Assembly: GCA_002269645.1 (NCBI GenBank)
Contig: NIVC01000412.1
Coordinates: 868,001 to 932,000 of the forward strand
DNA: 64,000 bases
Reading direction: 5' to 3'
Origin: Macrostomum lignano
Taxonomy: Eukaryota
The position numbers were made by a program, and so were the translations under genes. The notes under the pieces are model-generated. The model was given only the letters and a program-made list of their open reading frames with translations. It was not told where the DNA came from and ran no database searches. Shown here piece by piece: positions 50,937 to 61,665 of the stretch (position 1 is the stretch's first letter; the number at the start of each line of letters is the position of its first letter).

Positions 50937-52528
50937 GCCAGACAGACAGACAGACACAGACAATAGGACAGACAGGCAGACAGACAGACAGACAGACAGA
51001 CACAGACAATAGGACAGACAGGCAGACAGACAGACAGCCAGACAGACATACACTAAGACAGGCAGACAGACAGACAGACAGACAGGCAGACAGACAGACA
51101 GACAGATAGACGACAGACAGACAGACAGGCAGACAGACAGACAGACAGACACAAACAATAGGACAGACAGGCAGGCAGACAGACAAGCAAAAATGACCAA
51201 TGACGTGAGTTGATCAGTACAAAAACGTCCTACTCCCCGAATCGTACCTTCAAATCAATGAGATCCAGCAGTCGTTTGTCGCAGAAAGCCAAAATGCCTT
51301 CAAAGATGACAACATTGGCGCCGTAGATAATCTGAGTATTGTCGGGCACGCGGGCGTTGCTGGCGAAGTCGTACACGGGCACGCGGACCTGCTTGCCCTG
51401 TTTGAGCCTGGCCAGGGTCTCAACCAGCAGCTCAATGTCGAATGCGCACGGATGATCGAAGTTGAAATTATTCGATTCGATTAGATGCGTCTCTTCGGGC
51501 GTGGCGTCACGGTAATAGGAGTCCATGCTGAGCAGGGACACCCAGCGCTGGCGAAGGCGCTCGATTATCGACCTGAGTAAGCGTTGAATGTGCGTTGGCG
51601 ATTCTAAGAAAGTGACCAATTTATTGGGGAAAGTTTCTAAGAAGCAGGTTTAAAAACTGGTTTCTAAGAACACCTACTTTAGGGAGGCGTTTCTAAGAAG
51701 CAACCGACTGATTTACTGGGATTTTTATCAGGACACAGAAGAATTTAAGGGTAATTATTTCATAGAAATTGATTTTTTTCTACACCGGTTCTCAGAAATT
51801 GTTGTACTCTAGGCTGATTCTTAGAAACTGGTTTATTTTAATTGGGTTGGTTCTTAGAAATATATTTTGATAGACCGATTCTTAGAAGCTGGTATTTAAA
51901 AATGATTCTTAGAAACTTATTTATTCTACTAGGCTGATTCTCAGAAAATGGATTTATTGAAGGCTGGTTTGTAGAAATAAAAAATCAGTTTAGCATATGG
52001 ACTTTTCTTGACCGAGTCTTAGAAATCGATTTATTCTAGGCGGATTCTTAGAAACTGATTCATGCAATTTAAAAAAAGCGAACCGACTATTGTAAATTGA
52101 AGTCGTCTTTAAAGAGTTTCCCGATTTTATTGAATGCTTTGAGAGAGAAGCCAGCCTCAAAAAAATATTATTATGATTTTCTTGGAAATGCAAATTCCAA
52201 CACAACGGACCAATCAAAGTTATCCCCTACATTTTAAATAATCACAGCTGTAATATATTCAAATTTCACACCTGGCCACTGTAGTCTTCCCCGAAGCGCT
52301 GGCGCCGCACAGGCCAATTACAAACGATTGTCGGACGGCGCCGCCATCCGCGCCAAACCAGGGCGGCCGACCGGCAGTGAACACTCGGCACTCCGGCGCG
52401 CCGTCCAGTTGCAACACCGATTGCATCTTGTCAGCGCTGGTGCTGGTGAGGCGACGCCGACGTCGGCTACCATTGAGATGCTGGTGCTGGTGCTGCCGAG
52501 GCTGCGTTGGTGACGTCATTTTTTGCAT
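46152..52528 (-). CDS. UCKL1: Uridine-cytidine kinase-like 1 (UCK + UPRTase domains); exons 52528-52272, 51572-51248, 50277-49987, 49652-49435, 48066-47877, 46496-46152 (~541 aa)
   Basis: P-loop [78 protein letters not shown]; all splice phases compatible. Confidence 0.95.
46555..47398. repeat. 33/34-bp minisatellite with alternating variants in UCKL1 intron 5
   Basis: (AGAACTCTATCTA[G/T]TGAGAAGTAGAGG[T/C]GGGG[T/C])n. Confidence 0.95.
47399..47761 (-). mobile_element. Full-length tRNA-derived SINE with 13-bp TSD
   Basis: Head GGGGGGCCGTAGCCCAGCGG..GGCTCGATTCC (A/B boxes), (TAA)n tail, TSD TAGAACTCTATCT at 47386-47398 and 47762-47774. Confidence 0.85.
48145..49278. repeat. 32-bp minisatellite in UCKL1 intron 4
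   Basis: (CCACCCACGCATCCATATTGTCACCCTAGCTA)n. Confidence 0.95.
50336..51184. repeat. (GACA)n microsatellite filling UCKL1 intron 2
   Basis: Long imperfect tetranucleotide tract. Confidence 0.97.
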
Positions 52529-52716
52529 GAAAATCAGCAGTCATACTACTTATTAGTAGTTTTGCATCATTATTGCAAATTTTCAATCTTAAGAGGAATT
52601 TTACGTACTTGCATTTGAATACATGTCGATAGATTTAATTTGACTGTAGAGTACTGCATAGGTTAACTGAAGGGAGCCGGATAGTCATTTCACTAACATA
52701 TTGCTAAAATACATGG

Positions 52717-53160
52717 GGCATTTAAGCTAGCTAGAGGCCACCGGTGGGGGAGCTAGATGGCTAGTCCACATACACTTACACTAAAATCTGAGACTAATTG
52801 GTTGGATCATTTAAGCTACAGGCCCATGTGGAGAAGCTAGATGGCTAGTCCACATACACAAAAATCTGAGACTATTGCTTGGATCATTTAAGCTACAGGC
52901 CCATGTGAAGGAGCTAGATGGCTAGTCCACATACACTAAAATCTGAGACTATTGCTTGGATCATTTAAGCTACAGGCCCATGTGAAGGAGCTAGATGGCT
53001 AGTCCACATACACTAAAATCTGAGACTATTGCTCGGATCATTTAGGCTACAGGCCCATGTGGGGGAGCTAGATGGCTAGTCCATATACACTAAAATCTGA
53101 GACTAATTGCCTGGAGCATTATAGCTATAGGCCCCTAGTGGGGGAGTTAGATGGCTAGTC
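52717..53160 (+). repeat. ~77-bp tandem array of Helitron-like 3'-end/5'-start junctions
   Basis: GG..AGCTAGATGG-CTAG|TC.. with CTAG at 52761, 52845, 52922, 52999, 53076 and 53155. Confidence 0.75.
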
Positions 53161-53450
53161 TAAATATATTGATAGTAAACATTTCAGAAAATGACGATTA
53201 AGTCGCGTAAAAAATATTTTTAAATAAATTTATTTATATGCAAAGCTAACTTAAATTAATTCCGGTTGAGCTTTCAGGTAAGAGAGACAAAATCGAGAAT
53301 GAAATCATAGAAAAATGCAGTAAATTTTTTTGTTTTATAAATTATGAGCTATAAGAAAGATATAAAATTGACATTTACACCAATGGATATAAAAACACAG
53401 ATAAGTAATAAACCATAGCCGCGCAAAGTAGATTTGCAGTTTAAAAAATC

Positions 53451-55291
53451 TCAGCTAGAAGCACCCAATCCAGAGCCAGTCGATTTCTCGGATAGTCGAA
53501 ATGCCGGCTGGCTTCGATGCACGCCAACCGAAGCATGCAGTTGATCAACTCCGACTGACAACTGGTCGATCAGTGGCTCGCATTCCGCTAGCAGGCGGTC
53601 AACAGTATCAGCGCAGCTCGTCTCACTTAGCTCGGCGTCTGCTTGGCGTCGCTTCAGCGCATCGCAACTGCGGCGCAGGCTGGCAGCGGCGGCGCCGATT
53701 GCGGCGCCTGAGCGTCGGGCGATAGCGCGCGACTCAGCGGCGCGAATCTGGCGGCGGATTTTAGAAATTGGAGAAATGGAATTTGAAGGCACTATAAAAA
53801 TCTGCCTGTGATTTCAAGGGATACTTGCTGCTCAAGCACTTCTAAATCTGTATCTTCAACCCCAGTTTTTTTAGAATCTGCCTCTCCGCCCCTATAAATT
53901 TTTTTAAGAATCTGCCTCTCCACTCCTCACAGTTATTGGGAATCTGCCATTCCACCCCCCCCCCCCAGGCCCCAGTCCTTGGTAATCCGCCTCTCCGCCT
54001 TATCAGATAATCAATAGAAACCCAGCTTGCCAACCTCATCCTCCAGCAGCCGATGCAGACTGTACAATCCGTGACCTTCGTCAGCCAGTGTTTGATACTT
54101 GAGTCGACTTTCGCCACTCGATTCTCCATTGCTAAACGATGAAGCTGCTACCGCAGCTAAAGTGGTCGCAGTCGCAGCCTCCTGAGCCAACAGCGCCAGC
54201 TCAGAGTCTGGCCGCTGAAACGAGTCCAGCATCAGCCTGCTGGCCAGGCGCCTCTGCTCGGCTAAATCTACGCGCGCATCACCTCGTAGTAGCGCCGCTA
54301 TGGCGCCCTGATTAGCGCGCAATCGATCCGCCGCGGCGCCAATCAGACGGCGACGAAGCGCCACAGCCGAAGCGTGCTCGCTAGCGCCGCCGCCGCCGCC
54401 ACCGCCAACAGACGATAGACTGGCGGCGTAGCGGCGCCTCGCATCGGCGCCGGCGCGTTCAGCGGCCCCGCAACCGTTAGCGCGATAGGCCACGACAAGA
54501 GCTGCTTCATCTGGCGACAGGCCGGCCAGCTGGAGGTGCCGGCTGAACTGCTCGCTCAGGCTGGCGAAGTCTGACTCCGCAGCGGCTAAAGAGCGCCGAG
54601 CTGACAGGCAGTCCAGACAGGCGCGCGACTGAGCGGCGTGGGCCAGCGTCTCAGGCGGCACAGCGGCGGCGGCCTTAGGGGAGGTTACAGTGCCATATAT
54701 ACGTAGTTCAAGGAAATAGGAGCACAAGATTTCCCCAGAGTTTCTTCTACCAAACATCTCCTACAGAGCTCCTCCCACCAAAATCTTCCCATCGAGCCTC
54801 TCCAACTGAAGCTTTCCCACATTTCCAAACGACTCGAGGAGGAGACAAGTAAGCTACAAACTACTCACATCTTGATTGTCACCATCTCCAACTACCCCAT
54901 CTGGCTGTTCCTCATCGTGAATTTGTATCTCAGCAGCCTCTTTAGCCAGCCGAGCTAGAGCAGCCTCAGCGGAGTCTGCATCCTCTGACTCTGTTGGCTT
55001 CTTCTTTGAAGCAGACGATGATGCAACCAGACTGGCAGCTTCCGCCGCTCCGCCAATCTGACTTGCCAATCGACGCAACGACGCTGTTGTTAAGCGACGC
55101 CTAGCCAGCCGGTTGGCGCGCTCAATAGCGCCAAATTGGCGCGCCGCTAGATGAGGATTAGCGCCAATAGAATTTGTAGACATTGACAATGATGAATCAT
55201 CAGTGGCTAACTGGCAGTTGTTGTTTAACTGATTGCAACGGGCCCGAGCTGCGGCTATGTGAGCTTCTAGGCGGCTTAAATAGGCTTGCAT
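53451..55291 (-). CDS. Ala-rich coiled-coil protein, possibly augmin subunit HAUS5; exons 55291-54869, 54673-54035, 53747-53451 (~452 aa, 5' end may be incomplete)
   Basis: Three GC-rich exons join in phase 0. Collinear weak motifs IAALLRGDA, LYSLHRL and VGVHRSQPA resemble recalled HAUS5 (IRALIKGNS, LPSIHQL, VGDWWEQPG). Confidence 0.65.
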
Positions 55292-58040
55292 GCTTTGAAC
55301 TTTTTATTTCACAGAACAACAGGGCACAAGACAAGCTGAAATGTTTTTTATCTACATATTTACGAGTAATATAGCTGACTTACTCTGTTGATTTCAAGTT
55401 TTCATGAAGAGTTCACAATCAATATGCTTTTTATCATGATTATTCAAAGAGATAGACTACTTAAAGTAAATATCTTATTGTGTGTACAATCTCAGCTTAG
55501 TAGCAAGAAGCTTACATTGTTAATGCTAGAGCTATATTAAAAGCTTAATACTTAAGCTTGAACTTAGAGGCTTTAGAGTCATTATACAAAGCTCTATGTG
55601 AAGTGTATATCATAGCTTAACTGATACAACTTCCATTTATGCATTTTATAAGATTTTATAGTGTAAAAAACTTTTATATAAAAAGAGCCATCTACTCAGA
55701 GTATACAATGCAACTATAGCAATCAATAATTAAATATTATTATTAGCAAGAGTATACATTTGGAAGGATACAAGACTTAACATAGCTTAGCATATTAGAC
55801 CATTGTTCATTGTTTCATTATACCTCTAGAATTGCATTTTAAATAAAATCTATCTAGCATTCATTATTGGCTTAATTTAGCTTTTAAGAAGTATAGCACT
55901 TTGAATTTATCAATATAAAGCAAGGAATTTTGACTAAATAGATAACTTATAACTTATATTATAGCTATTATTTGTCTAGGTACATTTTTAGCTAGGGCCT
56001 ACTCCTCTTTTCTAGTAAGCATAAGCTATAAAAGAATGATAACTAAACCCATTGCCTTGCAAGATCTAATTCAAAATTAAAAATTTTGAATTTATGGTGC
56101 CTATTATGGTGCACCTCTTAAGTCGGCTTATAAGGCCTTTGGCACTGGGTGCCCCCATTCTTAGGCCACTATTAGGAAGGTATCTAGTGTATACCAGAGT
56201 TTTTTTAGGCAAATTTTTAGGTGTACACCTACACCATGCCATTTTGGTAATAGCCACTTTGGTATCAAATGAGAATAACAATATGTATTAATATTGCTAT
56301 GCTTTAAAATAAAATGCTAATGAAGTTTAAAGAAAGAACAACAAAAATAATTAAGATATGTTTTTGCACCCTTCAATAGATTTGTTATGATGATGTTATG
56401 ATGTCACAACTTAAAACTGCCAAAACAAATCTGCTAATAATGGGCACCATTAATGAAAGTCTTTAACTTGTTTATAATAATAGCAAAAATGTTATCATTA
56501 AAACAAAATAATAACATTAACTTTTTAAAATGTAATTTTGTAAAATTAAATAAAAGTTAACTGATAATCATTAATAAGTGTTAATCTGTTAAAGCCATAG
56601 TCAAGAAGGTGGCACAGTGTACACCAGAATAATTTTTTGGAAGAATATCTATGCACTATCTGTGTATTATAGTTTTGATTATGTGTTAGTATATTTCAGG
56701 GGTTTAATACAAAAAAATAATGAAACCTTATTTCTAGTGTCATGGTGTATCAAATGACCTTTTTTAACCTTTGTCTTGTCATGGTGGCGCACATTAAAAA
56801 CACCATGCATATTGCAGCAGCTGAGGCCCCGTAATGCATTTTTGCTTGACTCTTAGCATCCACATATTTTTAGGCACCAAATATTTTAGAAACTATAGTG
56901 TGTCTCATAATTATGTGCCATATACATTCTATATTGTAGATCATATTACATATACACCTGAAAGTATTTTGCTATCTAGTAAAGTGTATGCCACTAAAAA
57001 TTGTGATTAAAAAGCACCTGAACAATGCAATAAACAGTAGATATGTGCATGCATGCAGCAAAATAATTGCTGCAAAAAATGAAACCTGTATTATTTAAAT
57101 ATTAAAATAATTAATAAAACAAAATAGTTATGTATACTTTTGTTTTAGGTATACTGTATTTACTATTTTACACTAGTAACTGTAGAAACTTATAACTTCA
57201 GTGTTGGGCACCATTAATATAAAATATTAACTTATAGCTTAATAGCAATAGTGTTAGCATTAAAACAAAAAATCTTAACTTATTAACTCTTAATTTTAGC
57301 ACTAATTTCCAAAGCAGACTTCATAATGCACTGTCTTTGATTTTCCACCTTTTTAGCAAAACACAGAGGTCATCTAAGCAATTTACAAGCTAAAAAGTAA
57401 TAAATAATATTTTTTTAAAACTTGTATGTATAATACTACTAAAAGTAAGCATACAGTAAAATAATTAACTCAGCTATTTGAAACTTGAAAGCTAATTAGT
57501 TAATCATGAAATATGAATAGGAAGGTTGTTTTAGTAGCATTAACAGGCACAGCAGAAAGTCAGGAAAGATTGGGAAAGAAGTGAATCAAAGCGATTGATG
57601 CTCACGCGCAACAATAAAGTTCAAATTGTAATTTATTATTAAAGTTCATTAGTAAGTTGTTACATTTTCATGATCATCGTTATAAACAAAGAGATTAATT
57701 AGGCATTTAGGTAAATTTGAATACATTTATAATGTTGTAACTTCCTGTCAGACTTATATTTTGGTTCTTTCTTTGCATCTGTATTTGGTCATTGACATTG
57801 CCATTAACATTAACAATGAATTTGTTGTTAACTCACACAATTATTAACACAAATTTGTTAATCCATTAGTTCAAAAAAATCTTAATGACAGTCTATTAAT
57901 GTTAATGAAAAATCTTAATGCTTATTAATGCTTATTAGCGGATTGTGGTGCCCAACACTGCTTATAGTATATTATTTAAGAAATTAATTTATTATCATAA
58001 ATTTGAAATAGACTTTACACTATAGCAAAGGATTGTTTAA

Positions 58041-58127
58041 TGTATTTTCACGGTAGGCCGTACCCATATCCGCAGCAGGTCTCCAAGGTGAACAGCCTCT
58101 AGTCCTAGAACAATGTAGGTAAGGGAA
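58041..58127 (+). pseudogene. Isolated 28S rRNA fragment
   Basis: GGCCGTACCCATATCCGCAGCAGGTCTCCAAGGTGAACAGCCTCT..GAACAATGTAGGTAAGGGAA is conserved eukaryotic LSU sequence; flanks are AT-rich non-rDNA. Confidence 0.88.
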
Positions 58128-59176
58128 TTTATGTAATTATGACATACTTCAACACTTTTGTTCGCTGCAATGCAAGCTTGAACATGTATAGTTATAAATG
58201 ATTGTGCCAGAAAGTTGTATTTCCTCCTTGTACGCTATATGTGCACTAGGCCCTAGCTAAAGCATTTGTATGCCAGATGTACACTAGCTAAAGTGTTTGT
58301 ATATTGGAATTTTCTAGCATATACTACACTTACTGCAATATAGCATCCACTGGGGACCTCAGTATGTACTGCTTTTGTGTACCAAGTATACCAAGGACCC
58401 CTTTTATGCACCAGAATTTTCCATGGCATACACCACCTTCCTGACTAGGCCTATGCTATGGTATTAAAAGTTAACATAGAAAATACAGAATCTTAAAGGC
58501 TTATCTTTTTTCTAAAATAGATTTTAAAATGCATTCTAGTTCTCTTTGCTTTTCTATTTTTTGCAAAATACAAAGGTCATCTAAGCAATTTACAAGCTAA
58601 AACTAAAAAGTAATAAATATAATAACAATTTTAAAAAATTATATATAAAATACTATTAAAAGTAAGCATACTATTGTGGTAAGCCAGTCTACCACTTGGG
58701 TTCCAGCAGCAGTTGGTAGCAGTGCAATGCCTCCTACCAGTAGAGTGACTTGACGTCAACTAGCGGTTCCAATAATTGTTTTCTCCATTTTCCCCCGTTG
58801 TTCCCACCACTGCTCTTATAGCTATTCCTTCCCTTGGTCCCACCCCTTGTTTTAGCATGTTTTTGCGTTTCCCTTATTGGGTTTTATTGCTTTTTCCCTC
58901 GAGTATTCCACCCCATGCTCCTCTCTGTGTTCCACTCCCTGAATTATGCTGTGATTTGCATATAAAACTATTTGCATGTTTTATTTCTATTTTAACCCCC
59001 TTTCCTTCTTTTTGCCTCCTGCCTCTCCCTTGTCTAGTTTGTGTTTATCGTATCACATTAATCACTTATTCTGGGTTTTTTTTTCGCCAGAGATAAGGTG
59101 CGAAATCGCACCTTGTGCCAAATTTCAAGGTGCGATTTTAAGGCTCAGAGTGCAATTTCTCTTGAGTCTTGTTTAG

Positions 59177-61665
59177 AATGTGAGGGTTTCACGAGAGATA
59201 TTCAGACAGACATTCGAAACGATTGTCTGTAACTTCAAACAAAATTGACCCGCTTCAACCATCTTTTTGGCAAATACTTACGCAAGTGTTGGGCGTCAAA
59301 TAAGCTTTAATTTATTAACTGAAGTAAAAATCCTTCTGACATACATTGATTTAAAAATTGCTTAGCAACACTAGCTCTGATTAGAAATCGCTTTACTGTT
59401 GACTAAAATTGTTTTGATCGTAGCAGCCTAAAAGCAGATACTGGATTTAAAAATGCTTCGATTTACTCTATACGCATGTCTCAGCTTTAAAATGACACCT
59501 CAGGCGTCGCAAAAGACAGCTTTGATGCTGAGATATTCGACACTAAACATGCATTGCTTTGCGCAATCTCACATTCAGAAATTTCACTGATTTTTTGTCG
59601 ATATTTGTGCAGTTGCCATGTCCTTGTTTTTCATCAGAATCTTGTCAAATTCTAGTCATGTCCAGTTTAAACCTGGACTTCTCTTAAACTGTCTTAAGTA
59701 TTTGATTTTTAATGATTCCTGCCTTTATATTGCATAGATTGTACCTGAGTCAGTGAGACTGTGAGTGTACATTTGTACATATGGCAACCAATCATGACTT
59801 TTTCACCGCTTTGCGGTTCAAATAAATATACGAGTGTACGAGAAACATGTTCCAACTGTTATTGAGAGAAATTGACGTCGCGTTTATTAACAGTCAGTGG
59901 CAATTAATATGAAGCAAATAGTTTATTGTTATGTTTTTACTTTTTTTGCGTGGCAATTCTGCTATCCAAATCGGAATGAGGTAAGCGGTGGGAATAAAAT
60001 AAAAAGGAAGAATTTTTTCTACTGTTGTTGCAACCCAATAGCTATATGTACTTCAAACTTTTTAGATTGAACAGGCGATTTCTAATGTACTGCTAAGCTT
60101 TCCAATCCCTACGGACTACAGTAGCAGTTCTTAACTTTTTTTCTGTCTTGACTTCTAGACTCGGAATTCGGAACAACCTAAGGAGCCGCATGAAAATATT
60201 TAATTGGATAAAGATATTTTCTAAAAACAGCTCAAGTCGTGACACATCTTCTTCTCACCTCAGTCCATCAACTGCTGCTCCTTCTGAGACCAAAGCGATC
60301 GTGAAAGTAAAACAGATCAGTTTAGATCCCATGGCCATGAATACAACCATTTCAATTGTGAACCTGCTTCGCTTACAAGTACGAGCACTAGCCTTCCATT
60401 TGATGCCATTAGCTCACTTAACTCTGAAATAGTTCAAGGACGGTTCCAAATGTTGAGATCTGACGTAGAAGCAGTCCAATTTGTGGAAATTTATCAACTG
60501 GACTCCATGAATCACTCCAATGAAAGGCGGCGAATAGCTGCAGAATGCGTAAACAAGTTTAAGTGAGTCACAAAAACCCCATTTACTGTAACTACATACA
60601 CTTGTACGTTAGCAAGGCTCCATACGATGGTTAATAAATGGAGAAGTAGACAAGCATCTGAACAAATATTGAATAAAAATCAGTGAAGTTTCCGAATGTG
60701 AGTTTGAGCAAAGCAATGTTTAGTGTCGAATATCTCAGCATCAAAGCTGTCTTTTGCAATGCCTGAGGTGTCATTTTAAAGCTGAGACATGCGTATAGAC
60801 ATGACTAGAATTTGACAAGATTCTGATGAAAAACAAGGACATGGCAACTGCACAAATATCGACAAAAAATCAGTGAAATTTCTGAATGTGAGATTGCGCA
60901 AAGCAATGCATGTTTAGTGTCGAATATCTCAGCATCAAAGCTGTCTTTTGCGACGCCTGAGGTGTCATTTTAAAGCTGAGACATGCGTATAGAGTAAATC
61001 GAAGCATTTTTAAATCCAGTATCTGCTTTTAGGCTGCTACGATCAAAACAATTTTAGTCAACAGTAAAGCGATTTCTAATCAGAGCTAGTGTTGCTAAGC
61101 AATTTTTAAATCAATGTATGTCAGAAGGATTTTTACTTCAGTTAATAAATTAAAGCTTATTTGACGCCCAACACTTGCGTAAGTATTTGCCAAAAAGATG
61201 GTTGAAGCGGGTCAATTTTGTTTAAAGTTACAGACGATCATTTTGAATGTCTGTCTGAATGGGTCTCCCTAAAACACGCCCTGCACCGCCCTGCAGCGCT
61301 ACACATTAAAACAAATTGGACTATAACTAAAGACACTTCAGAATGCGTTTTCTGTTAAGCTTCAAGTTTTTATTAAATTTAGTTTTTTTTACTTTGAAAT
61401 ATAAAATTCGGTGAACAATAAGTGATATTAATAATAATATTAATAAAATAATAATATTATAATTTAATAATGAAAACGAGAATATAAAAAATAATAATAT
61501 TTAAAAAAATAAATAAAGATATTTATTCCATTACTATTTTAACTTTTCCTTGCAATCAAATACTGCATTGACAAAAAATGTTATAATGTGTAGCAGTTCG
61601 GGGCCCGGTGCGGGGCGTGTTTTAGGGAGCCTTTGTCTGAATATCTCTCGTGAAACCCTCACATT
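59177..61665. mobile_element. Nested long-TIR (Mutator/foldback-like) element with ~480-bp inverted arms
   Basis: 59177-59660 is the reverse complement of 60808-61260 plus 61634-61665; no clear TSD. Confidence 0.8.
61261..61633. mobile_element. MITE with 9-bp TSD TGTCTGAAT inserted in the right arm of the long-TIR element
   Basis: TIR ..CTCCCTAAAACACGCCC; TSD at 61252-61260 and 61634-61642; same family as 11744-15077. Confidence 0.85.

Noticed and set aside
50531-51200. CLSV repeat ORFs
   Set aside because: (GACA)n intronic microsatellite
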